The notes under the pieces were generated by a model. The model was not told the origin of the DNA and made no database searches. It saw nothing but the letters and a program-made list of their open reading frames with translations. Made by a program: the position numbers and the translations under genes. From the human T2T-CHM13v2.0 reference genome, Homo sapiens, in NCBI RefSeq assembly GCF_009914755.1, contig NC_060934.1: DNA of 64,000 nucleotides; one strand, 5' to 3'. Below, in pieces: positions 49,131-64,000 of this stretch; positions within the stretch are counted from its first letter, which is position 1; the number at the start of each line of letters is the position of its first letter.

Positions 49131-49411
49131 AATCATGTGCCACGTGGGTAGCCTCCCCAGTCTAGCACCCAGTATATAGCCTATGCAGAATGAATACCTG
49201 AGGGCTGCTGGGGGCGAAAACAAGGTCCCTGTGACAGGACTTGAAGCCTGGGGGTCTCGGTGACAGGAGTGGGCCTAGTTTTTAGGTGTAGAATTGAGCC
49301 TTGCGTGCACTGGTGGGATCTTATTGAAAGGATCCCCTCCAAGACTAGAGGAAGATGCATCCTGACAATGTAGGCTCTGTAGGCGTCCCAAGTACCTGGG
49401 CTGGGGGTTAG

Positions 49412-50720
<1,309 letters not shown>

Positions 50721-51524
50721 GTGTTGACCCCAAATTGTGCTTTTCCCAAGAAGAAAAGGGAGAGAAACATTAGGACAAGTTCGGAACTAAAATATAGTAG
50801 AGAAGCAACATAATCTCTGAAATCACACAGCTATTCGGTTTCAAAGAGTTCCTAGTGCCCAGCTCTCCTAACTCCCGGCTGGTGTTCCTTGACATTATGG
50901 TGATATATAAAGACTTTCTATTTCCGCTCGTGTGTGTGTCTGTGGGAAGCCTCTGACTCACCTCTGTGCCCCAGTAGCACCCTGTGCAGCCTTGCAATGT
51001 AGCCCTTATTGCATGGCACGAAAGATACTAGTTTGGATTCTCTGCAAGTCAGATCATAGGTATATCCATTTACTGGCACAGTGGCTAGCACATCATAGAC
51101 AGACACAAACATTTATTAAACGGAATTAATACAGGACCTTAATTGAATGAAGTGGCACCCTGCCCCGCTGTTTTTCAATCAAGCTGTCAGATTTTATGCA
51201 GCCCGATATTCTAAAAAAAAAACTCACTAATTCAGTGATTACCAATTTATTGGCCACAGATTCCCAGGTACCTCAGAAATCACTGGAAGGGTCTCTGTAA
51301 GTCCATAGGGTCTCCAGGCATCATTTAGAACCAGTCATATCTCACACATGCAGATATTGCTATTTTTCAAATGTATGTAGATGAGTTGTAATTTAGGAGT
51401 TTTGCAGAGTCAACAGGTACTAAAAGTAATACTGTGATCATGTTGGAAGTTCATAAAAGCATTTTAAATTTTTTATTAAAATTTAAGTTTTGGTTTAAGT
51501 TAGGAAACCACTTCATTAGTCCAG

Positions 51525-51705
51525 TCAATATCTAGGTCTGAGCTGTCTAGTATGGTAGCCACATGTGACTATTTAGAGTTGGAATGAAATTAATTAAAAA
51601 TTCGTTTTTTTCAGTTTCTCTAAGTACATTTTCAGTAACCACATGTGGCTAATGGCTAAATGGTGGAAAAGTACAGATACAGAATATTTCTATCCTTGCA
51701 GAAAT
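51525..51705. mobile_element. MER3-like hAT remnant
   Basis: gctgtctagtatggtagccacatgtgactattt...ccacatgtggctaatggcta...agaatatttctatccttgcagaaa. Confidence 0.6.
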
Positions 51706-52519
51706 AGATACTGATGATGTTGACACTTAAGACGAATAAAAAGTAACTTAATCATAAAGTGTAATCTTAGCAGAAGTAACTCATCTAATTTATAGCATAA
51801 CAGAGATAAATGAAATTGGGGAGGGTTAAGCAGTTTCTACCCTTGTTCAGTGAACAAATACATCATGTCTTCATAAAGAAATAAATGAAATTTAATGTTT
51901 TTCCCTGGGTATTGCCTGGATTGTAAAATGCTTCTCCCACCTCCTTACCCCAACCTTCTTCCTTGTAGGTTAGAGTTACTTGTTATTGGTAAATAGCCAC
52001 TATGGAGACTAAGGACCAGAAGAAACAAAGAAAGAAAAACAGTGGACCCAAAGATGAAAAGAAAAAGAAGCGGCATCTGCAGGATCTCCAGCTAGGAGAC
52101 GAAGAAGATGCCCAGAAGAGAAATCCCAAAGCTTTTGCAGTTCAGTCTGCTGTGTGGATGGCTCGATCCTTTCACAGGTATGTTTAGCTACAGTCTGATG
52201 CTTCTTTCATTGATTCTTTTTAAATAGTAGGAGCCTCTCACAGGTGACATTTGGATTCACAAGTCTAGTCCAGCTCCAAAGGACATGGAGATGCATGCTG
52301 TGTGGCTTTTACTAAAACGTGAGAAGACTTCCCATAGAAGCTGCCTTGCCTCCAGCATCTGCACACTGGTTGGTGTTTCTTGCCCAAGATACAAGAATTT
52401 ATAGAATTTGATTCTTCCTAAACTTTAAACTGTTTCTATGGTGATAAGTGTGCTTTTTCCCACTGGATATGTTTTACAAAGTTGTAATATAAAATACAAA
52501 AATTACAACATTTAATACT

Positions 52520-52752
52520 AACATAGCTTTATTGAATGAGTCCTTATGATATTCTTAGCAGTGTACTTTAAACATTATTCAACTAAATCCTCCCAGCAGC
52601 CTTACCAGAGTAGGAATCATTCTTGCCCTCTTTTTATGGACAAGAAAACTGAGGTCAAGAAAACAAGTTACCTCCAATCGTATAACCAGTAAGTAGGAGA
52701 GCCAAATTTAACTCCAGAGCCTCTGCTCTTATCTGTTATGATGCACTGCCTC
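52520..52752 (-). mobile_element. MIR
   Basis: tttattgaatg...aaatcctcccagcagcctt...caagaaaactgaggtca...actccagagcc. Confidence 0.65.
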
Positions 52753-53853
52753 GGTATTTACCTTTTGGTTTTTAAAAAATTATTAAAATCACTCATAAAA
52801 CAGTCAGATTTAAGGAGTGTTTAATTTTCAACTCTCTATACTATTGAAGTTATCTTGTTACATCTTTATTGAACAGAAGTTATTTGGATGGGGCTCAAAA
52901 GTTAACAAGTTAATTGACAAGTTAATTATATTTATATATTGTCTGTTATACTCTATAAAATATGCGAAAGTACTGATATCTATAAGTATATTTTAAAAGT
53001 CTACTTTTACTCTATTTTGAAAGTGAGTTTACTTTTTTGTTTGTTTTTTTTTTTTAAATGAATAGGACTCAGGATTTGAAGACAAAAAAGCATCGTATTC
53101 CAGTGGTTGATCGAACTCCACTAGAGCCCCCACCAATAGTGGTAGTGGTGACGGGGCCTCCAAAGTTGGAAAGAGCACTTTGATATAATGCCTCATTCAG
53201 AACTTCATTGGCAGAAGTTGACTGAGATCAGAGGCCCTGTGATGATCGTGTCAGGTAGGGGATGCCACCACAGACATAGAGTTGGCATGGCTGTTGTCAT
53301 CTGAGGGACATGCGTGTGTTTGTTGTTTTCTTGAGTGGAACATGTTAAATTTTGTCATATCATGTTACTTCTCTTATGCTTTTACTAAGTTAGCTATAAC
53401 TTCAGAAAAGGGTAAGTTCCCAGAGATAAGGATGTGATACATATCTTATCCTGACTGCTGTATGGCTTTGCCAAGCATGTTCCTTGGAAGGGCGTAGCAG
53501 GCCTGGTCACTGTGAACATATCATTTAACAAATAGCACGTACCTCCTATGTGCCAGGTGCACATGCTTGCCCTTACGAAGCCACATGCTGGTGGAAGTGC
53601 GCGTTTTCTCTTTTTCCTGTGAGAATTTGTCTGCTTTGGGAGATGGCGACCTTTCCGAGTGTGAGGGAAGATGAAACAAACTTCCAGTGGTAGAATGGCA
53701 ATGTACACTCTGAAATCTCTTGTTATTGCAATAATATAGTTGGATTGAGGCTTTTCTTTATCTTTGGAGCTTCCATATTTTCTTTTCCTTTTTTTTTTTT
53801 TTTTGAGGCAGAGGCTTACTTTTTATGAAAAAAAGTTCATAAATATGTATTGA

Positions 53854-55570
<1,717 letters not shown>

Positions 55571-55704
55571 GGCCAGTCCCAGAGAAAGCCTGTTATATTT
55601 CACTCAATTTTCTTGGAAACCTCTCTTGTTTAAAGTGTATTGGGACCCAGGTGCTATGAGGTATATTCTTATTCCCCACCTCAAAATATGTAAATTATTG
55701 ATAC

Positions 55705-56096
55705 TGTTAAAAGAAAAACTTTAGACAAATTTAAGAGAGTTTACTTGAGAAAAGAAAAAAAATGATTTGCAAATCAGCCCTTAGAATCAAAGAAATTTCA
55801 GAAAGACTTTGGCACTGTCACATGGTCAAATATCTATGGGAAAAAAATGTAATGTGCAGAAACCGAAACTGAGGTACAGAAATAGCTGGATTGGTTACAG
55901 CTCAGCATTTGCCTTATTTAAACAAGGTTTAACCAGTTGGCCGCCTATGAGTGGTTAAAGTATAGCTACTGGGATTGGCTGAGACTAAGCTGTTGTTACG
56001 GGGACACATACTACTAAACTTAGACTTTTAGTTTGTTTACCTGCTAAGTATGTGAGTATGGAGATTTTTCAGGCTAGATTTTAGTTTTATTTAGTA
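55705..56096 (-). mobile_element. ERV1-class solo LTR (MER57/MER4-group-like)
   Basis: Starts tgttaaaagaaaaactttagacaaattt. 4-bp TSD atac at 55701-55704 and 56097-56100. Subfamily name is from recall. Confidence 0.7.
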
Positions 56097-57431
56097 ATAC
56101 ATTATGGGATCTGAAGGACACTTTTGTAAAGGTTGAAACAAACATATTTTATGCACATTTCCATTTCCGACAAAAGAAAAATGCTCCTTTAGCTCTGCTA
56201 AGTGTGACAGTTTCTAAATTAAAAGAACATTATTTACATCTCAATTGTTAATTCTAATATTAATTTCAAGTATTAATAATATAATCATTTTTCACTAAGC
56301 CTTCCCTTTTATGCCCGTTTACACTTTCAAATCTAATTATATTCCATTTTCATTTTAAAGGTCAAGCCCCAACTGTTTCATGGTGTGCCTTCTTTCTAAT
56401 CAAGTATTTGAGACCAGTGGGAGTCAGGCTGGAACTGTATCATGTCAATTTTCACAAGCTGACATTCACAGTAAAAGTAGTTCTTGATTACTTCCCTAAC
56501 ACCTTTGATGTTAAGGGAAAAAAAAACAACAACAACACTGAGCTGTGTATATTCCCTCCTCATGCTCCTGGGTGAGAAATCATAGTTAGTAGCTGCTGAT
56601 CTTGGAAATCAGAGTTTCGGCTACATTGCTAGCAATAACCTAAATCAATACAGAATAACAACACAAGCCAGTATGTGGTAAGTCATGAAAAATAGATCGG
56701 TAGTGATATCAATTGAAAATGATACAGAAAAACCATATTATCTAGAAAGAAAAATACAATTTTATAACACTCTTGGTCCTGAATAGTTTTAACTATGGTA
56801 CACAAAGCAAGCAAGCAGCAAATTACAGATAAAGATGACTGTTACTTTCTTTCTACTGTTAACACCCTCTGGTAATAGATTGTAACAGAATGACTATTTG
56901 GAGGGTTAAGCATTGGGAGATGTCCCTAATTACATAGCATGTTTGGTAACATCATCACATTTTAATTTGCATAGTTTTGCTGTTTTTGAAACTGCATTTA
57001 TGAGATTTTGGGGAACAGGGTTAAATGGTGACAGAATAGTGTCCTTTGTGAGTATGTGAAATGGAATAATTGGGATAAATAAATAGGGTTTATGTTTCAT
57101 CTTCACTTCATCTCCAAGAAGTGAAGCATTATTTGTACCATTCCTTACATTTTATATATTTTAGGAATTTATAAGGTTCTTGTTTAAGGTAGGGTAGTAA
57201 TTGGAACATGTTTAATATGAGCAATTTTGACCAACTCTCTTATTTTTACATATATTATATATATATATAACGTTGTGAGAATTATGTAGACATTTAAGAC
57301 TTCTTTTTTCAGGCTTTGATACTGATTTCTGAAATAAATATGCTCCATAAAAATTCTTGCAATTTTTAATAGTTATGGACTTTCAAATCAGTTCCCAAAT
57401 ACTTAGTATTCTCACTATACTTTTTTAGAAA

Positions 57432-57432
<1 letters not shown>

Positions 57433-57480
<48 letters not shown>
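57433..57480. repeat. Pure (TA)~24 microsatellite
   Basis: Visible directly in the sequence. Confidence 0.97.
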
Positions 57481-57483
<3 letters not shown>

Positions 57484-60436
57484 AGAAAATCATTACAGCT
57501 GTGAAGTATTTTATTTCCCTCTGTTGAGATTTTGAGAGCTATTGTAGCCTTTCAGAGCTTAGATGAGCTACCTGAGGAATTATTTGCAAAGGGATTGCAA
57601 TCCTAATTTCAGACAAAACAAACTTTACAAACCAACAAAGATCAAAAAAACAAATAAGAAACCGTATACTCAAGTGATGGAAATGGAATATCTCAATTTA
57701 TCAAATCTTATAGAACTTTTCATAAGAAAAATATATTTTCTTTAGAAATGCGTACTTGGGACCAAATTGTATCACTTAATATTATTTAATATTTTAACTA
57801 TGAGATTTTTCTAGGACTTGACTTTAATCCTTAGTGTATCATTGATTACTAATTCTTGCTACAGTATGATGAGGGCAATAACATGTTTGAAAATTTAACC
57901 TTAAATTTTTGCTAATTCTAGTGGTAGCAAAATATTTATATACCCCTAAATAAATTTTGAGGAATCAAAGGATTGATACATAAGTGAATACATATAAAAT
58001 GTTGATTGCAAACAAAAGAAAGATGATTGTCTGAGAGAATATAATTTGTCAGGGCATTTTATTTGCAGGACGTAATAAAACTGGACAATAATATCTATCT
58101 CATACAGTCCTTGTGAGTATTAGATATATTAATCTTATAAAGCATATGAAAGAATGCTTAGCACATAGTATTTGCTATATGAGTGTTATTTATTATCAAT
58201 AGTATTCTTAGGTATCTAGATTTAGAGCTACCCTGAGGCTCTACTGAATACAGTATGTAAGAAATTTCTCATTGTAACTTTCCCTTTTCTGTTTTGCACA
58301 CATTTCTTGTGGGATTACTTGAAGAAATATTCTCAGTATTGTTCCACATCAAGATGGCCACTAGTAGCACTGAGCTTATGTCTTACTAGCTAAGCTACTT
58401 TTTCAGAAAATGAACATTGTTTTCCTCAATAATTTCAACAAAATTTCTAGTTAAGTTTCTCAATACACTAGGTTGGATCATGAGCATATTACAAAATAAA
58501 CCATATGGTTAATCTTTATTTTGGACAGGTTGAGACATATTATGACCACTGCCCATGATGATTAGGTCCATTGCTCTCACATGGTGTGAACTAGAAGTGA
58601 AAGAGAGGTAGAAATTCAAAAAAGATTGAAATGCTGCTACAGAAGAAAAAGAAAATACTGAGGTCTCTGTAATCACAGATATTTATGTTATAAGAAATCA
58701 ATACAGATTAAAAATTAGGTAAGAAAATTGATTTACTAATAATCTTGATCTTTAGCCACATTTCTCTGAAATAAATTTGCTCTAATGCTGTGACGGGGAT
58801 CAGCAAGCTACGTTTTCCAAGTTCCTTCAAGTGGGATCCTGCTAGGTTCTGCTATTGGGAGGTACTAGAGAAACATAGGCAAAAGAATGGAAGAATAGGT
58901 CTCCTTTTCCTGTTTGTTTGCTGTCCTTGCCGATATTCTCCCAAGAACATCCCCTTGCCCAAGGAGCAGTAATTGTTTCAGTTTACCAATTTTTTCAGAG
59001 CCCCAGAAAGTGCCTCTTCAGAGGTAACAGCAGCAGTTGGAACATATCTCTCCCTCAGAGGTCTAGCCTCAGCTCAGGAAGGCTTTTACTCTGAGTTAAC
59101 AAATTTTAATAACTCCAGTCTCTTCCCTTTATTCATCTAAGCTTCTGAGGAGGTCTGTATGTGGCCAGGAGATGGTGGTGATAGCTGCATCTTGCAGTAA
59201 TTTTCTTTGCTTTCCACAGTGTTGTTACTTTTTTCTCCGATTTCTTATGTGGTCAATTTTTTAATATTAACTCATAGTCATAGTGTAGTATTCATGCTTT
59301 ATGTGAAATGAAATGTTTTTTATAATGTAGCCATGGCCTACCAATAGCATATTTTCTTTTAGATTTGGTGATATATATTTTGCTTCAGTGACTTTATATC
59401 CTTATTTGTTGCCCAAATTAGTTTTTTGTATACAAAACATCCACTATTACCCTGGTCCCATCATTTCTTCTGTTATCCATTGTCCTGTGATTTCTCCTGG
59501 AAAGTGAATTGTTTATCCGTCCATTTCACTCTGTGAAGTCATACAGGTCTATCTATATAGAACTCCTGTGCTCCAATTTATTCCCTGTGTGAAACTGGGC
59601 AATGTATTAATCTGGGAATATGTTTCTTCATATGCAAATCAGAGATAACACTTACCTCACAACATTGTTTAGAGCATTAAAAGAAATATAATATGATATC
59701 ATTCACACAGAATTTCCCTGGGTGTGAATTGAACAATGTCAATTTTTCTCCCATTTAATGTGAAAACTAACTATATAAATAAACAAAAAAAACAAAAAAA
59801 AGAAGAAAAAATCAATAAAAATTATTATCAAATGTATACATATTAAAATATTATCGAGTCTTATACAAATTGAGTTTTTCAAAAATAATAATGATTGTAA
59901 CTTTTATATTGCAGTTAATGCAAGAAGCATTATGAAGGAGAATCACATGTCTAGAGCAAAGTGATGTTAATAGTGTTTATGTTTGAGCCAGATGGAACTC
60001 CTCATAGGAGCACACAGTGCTCACCTCCTCCCAACTTTGCATTCAAAGAAATCATATTCATAAGCCAAAATTGGTCATAGAGGAAATATTCAACACCACT
60101 AAATTAAGCAAACTAAAAATACAGCAGTTTTTCTCAGTGAACTGGTTGTTAAATACATACTAAATCACCACTAGGTGGTATAGGCCCTCATAAATCGCAA
60201 AATAAAAATGGGACTGCTTAGTTTCTATTTTGTTACTTTCTTTATTTCTGAAGAGAATGAGCTCAAATTTTAACAGCAGAGAAAAAAATATAGTTATGAG
60301 AGAATCAGACTTTCAAGTATGTGGGGCTATTTTAAGGAAGGACATAGATGTTCTAAATTTATCCTAGCCAAGAAAAAAAATGTGCTTGGTTGGCTACAAA
60401 TGAAAATCAATAAAATCCTCCCATAGGATTATTGAT

Positions 60437-60780
60437 CAGTCTAAACCAAGTGTCAATTTTTTTTTTTTTGTAAAGGGTCATATTGTAAAAATGTTGGTCT
60501 TTATCAGCCTGTTTCTGTCTCAACTAACAAACTCTGCTGCATTAGTGTAAAAGTAACCATAGGCAAAGAATGTAAATGTAAATGAATAAATATAATTGTG
60601 TTCTAATAAAATTTTATTTGTATATCAAAATTTAAATTTTAGCATGTCATGATAAGTTATTCTTTGGGTTTTTTTCAATGAGTAAAAAATGTATAATCTA
60701 CATTTAGTTTGCTTGCTCTACTAAGTGAGTTGGGGGCCAGATTCAGCTTGAGGAGGGTGGCTAGCTAACTCTTAGTGTAA
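60437..60780. mobile_element. MER58B-like hAT remnant
   Basis: tttttgtaaagggtcatattgtaaaaatgtt...caactaacaaactctgc...ctaataaaattttatt...gggggccagatt. Confidence 0.7.
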
Positions 60781-60869
60781 ACAATATATATTATTTAGTA
60801 TTCCTTTGAAGTGATCAACTTGGTTATAATCATGGTAAGCTGGCAAGTGAGTTGTAAGATAAGGACTAT

Positions 60870-61480
60870 GTTACTTAAGTTCTCCAGAGAAACAGAACCA
60901 TAAATGAGATAGATAGCTGAGATAGATAGCTAAGGTAGATGTAGACATAGAGGTAGAGATGGAGATAGAGATAGATGAGATAAAGATACAGATGATAGAG
61001 ATAGATATAGATGACACAGAGATACATATACTGATACAGATGAGATAGATAGAGATAGAGACAGAGATAGCTAGAAGAAGATAATTCTTGGGAGGAATTG
61101 GCTCACAAGGATGTCGAGGCTGAGAAGTTCCACAATCTCCTGCCTGCACGATGGAGGCCCAGGAAAGTTAGTGATATAGTTCAACCTAAGCCCAAAAGTC
61201 TGAGAACCAGGTGTTCCAATATCGGAGGACAATAGAAGATGGATGTCCCAGCTCAAGAAGACAGATTAAATTCACCCTTCCTCTGCCTTTTTGTTTTATT
61301 TGGGCTCTGAATAGATTGAAGGATGCCCATAGATACTAGTGAGGATGATCTTCTTCACCCAGTCTACCTATTCAAATACTAATTTCTCTGGAAACACAGA
61401 CACACTCAGAAATAATGTTTCATCAGCCATGTGGGCAACCCTTAGCCCAGTAAAACTGACACATGAAATTACTCATCACA
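60870..61480 (-). mobile_element. MLT2 (ERVL) LTR containing a (GATA/GAGATA)n tract at ~60905-61070
   Basis: ttctccagagaaacagaacca...ggaattggctcacaaggatgtcgaggctgagaagttccacaatc...cccagtaaaactgacacatgaaattactcatcaca. Confidence 0.85.
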
Positions 61481-62559
61481 GGGAGGTCTGGGACAATTCA
61501 CGTCTTTGTTAATTTAAATAGACACATGAAGAAATTATTTTTCCTCTATCTTTTTTCCTTCTTCTTTCTCTTTCTTTCTTTCTCTCTTTCTCTTTCTTTT
61601 TGTTTTTAACTAAAGGACATTTTGTAAGCACATGAAACCAGGGAATTGCAGTAGCCATATGGCTACTATGAGGTGAGAAAAAGGAACGTTTTTGCATCCT
61701 GCAGATCTGCCCCATCTATGGTCTTTGTGTTAACTGAGACGACAAATACGTTACTGTCTAAGCTTCCTTTAGTAACGTCTTCCACTACCTTTATGTTAAA
61801 ACATTTTAAAAGATAAAATTAAAAATATAAAATGTTGTCCTTTTAGAGTGGAATAAAGTTGGCTTCCATAAGCTCCGATGTGAATTTTACACTGATTCTG
61901 GCCAAATTTTTCAGACAATTTTAGAAAATTGCCTAAAAATACTCTGTAAATCTAGTGTTAATTATTAGACATTATTTTTTTCAAATGTTATTAATATTAT
62001 AGTGTTAGATGAAGAAAGTATAATCACTAGGGATGAGTTTAATTTCCTTAAGACAGACAGATATCAGGATCCTCTAATAATACATTAAAGGCCCACTAAA
62101 GTCAGAGGTATGTATTTGGTAATGTACCTCACTATATTCTTGTGGACAAGAAGGAGCAATATGGATTAGGTAATGGAATAATTTGGTAAATTATTTAATG
62201 GTTAATAGTTACATATTACTAACAAATAAAATGGTTTTAACCTGAAAAATTCATTTTTGTTTATATTCTGATAACATTTTCATCAGTGTTTTAGACATGT
62301 TCATCTGTCAAACACATGAAAAGTGAAACAACTCTGAGGATTAGCTAATAGGTTGAATGATAAAATAAAAACCTATATGGATGTCTGTGTATTATAATTA
62401 TGAAACAGCTTTTAGTCAATAAAACTAAATAGGAAAGACCCTTAAATATTACATATTTAACAATAAACCACACACACATAATGACAATGCTAGGATGAGA
62501 GACATATGTTTTAAAAAGCAAGATTTTACTACAGCAAGCAGTGTTTAGCTAGCTAGGCT

Positions 62560-62790
62560 GTAAACCAAGGGTTGGCAAAGTATGGCCTGCAAGCCATATC
62601 CAGCCAATAGACTGGTTTTGTAAATAAAGTTTTATTGCAGCATGGACACACTCATTCATTTGTGTATTGTCTATAAATGCTTTCTCACTGCAACAGCAGA
62701 GCTGAATAGTTGTATAGAGATTATATGGCCCACAAAACCTAAAATCTTAGCCTCTTTCCCTTTACAGTAAAGGTTTATTAATCCTGCCTA
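62560..62790. mobile_element. MER58A hAT remnant
   Basis: aagggttggcaaagtatggcctgcaagccatatccagcc...tttgtaaataaagttttattg...tatggcccacaaaacctaaaat. Confidence 0.85.
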
Positions 62791-63363
62791 AAAACAATTT
62801 AGCAGAGTAATTTGGCTACAAGGAAAATAATGAATTTCTCTTATACGTTTAATGTCTGGACAAGGTTAATGAGAGCTATGTTTTTCTCCAGGTAGAGTAT
62901 CCTGGACGTGCAGTTTAAAAAAAAAAAAGCATCACATTTTGAGAGTCTGTCATTTGAAGGCATGGTCTAGTCTAATCATGGTTTATCTCAAATGTAAGTT
63001 CAGAAATTGTGGATGTTACAGCAAGATATAATTTGACTCTAAATCAGCAAGTACTTTCAAATATTCAGAACTATCTGGAAGTGAAACAGCTTCCTCTGTA
63101 GACAGACAGCAAGTTTCTTATCCCAGAGCCTTGTAGATAGACCATCTGTGCAGGTTATAATCAGGAGATTCACAAATGTGGTAATGATGACATAGTCACA
63201 TTGACAATGAGGCTTTTAGTCATACAGATTAAATATATACTCTATTGTGCAAACCTCCTAGTAATTGAGAATAAACTTAATCTTGGGCTGCAAGTAGATA
63301 CAAAGTATTCCCAGTTAGATTTTACATGTATACATTTTGAAACTATTAATTTTTTTAAAATAA

Positions 63364-63717
<354 letters not shown>

Positions 63718-64000
63718 TAATTCTAAAGTAAACTTTCCCCTTCATTACTTGAAGATTTATTTCAGGTGTTTTTCAGTTCCTCCTAATTTCAGCTCCTCAG
63801 TTCATATTTGGCTCACATTAATGATGGTTATCTGTTCTTGACACATAGAAAATACAAATATAGGACTTTTACTGAATTCTATTTTTTAAAAAGTTCTAAG
63901 GAAAAAGCTATTACATCCACATATATGTGTAAAATGTAACATGGACCTAAGAACTACTGTGAATAAATAGCTTGACTTTTAATACAAGAGAGTATATTGA

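Noticed and set aside
60871-61149. Ile/Ser-repeat ORF and the regularly spaced GATA-type repeats
   Set aside because: A simple-repeat expansion inside an MLT2 LTR. It is not a CRISPR-like array because there are no unique spacers.

Overview
This is human/primate genomic DNA (Alu, L1, L2, MIR, MaLR and MER repeats), and I can find no intact protein-coding gene in it. It is a mosaic of four gene relics of different origin. (1) An intronless NPAP1/POM121-family pseudogene (+, ~5.9-7.6 kb), split by an Alu. (2) A complete, intron-containing cathepsin L paralogue (-, 15.4-20.4 kb). Its spliced 333-codon frame is broken only by two Trp-to-stop changes. (3) A ~6.4-kb PGGT1B processed pseudogene (-, 32.2-38.6 kb), inserted into an L2 and lacking 100 nt of coding sequence exactly after the exon-1 end. 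(4) A 5'-only BMS1 duplicate (+, 50-53.8 kb) with its CpG-island promoter and exons 1-3. From memory, not verified, this order fits the 10q22.3 segmental-duplication block between NUTM2E and MBL1P/SFTPD (NPAP1P2, CTSLP6, PGGT1BP2, BMS1P21). The best leads are the apparently recently inactivated cathepsin L paralogue, a possible fossil mis-spliced PGGT1B isoform, a 63-bp inverted templated insertion inside an L1, and a candidate unannotated multi-exon minus-strand gene remnant in the AT-rich 26-48 kb block, head-to-head with the BMS1 promoter. All parent-protein and repeat-consensus comparisons are from recall and need alignment to confirm.
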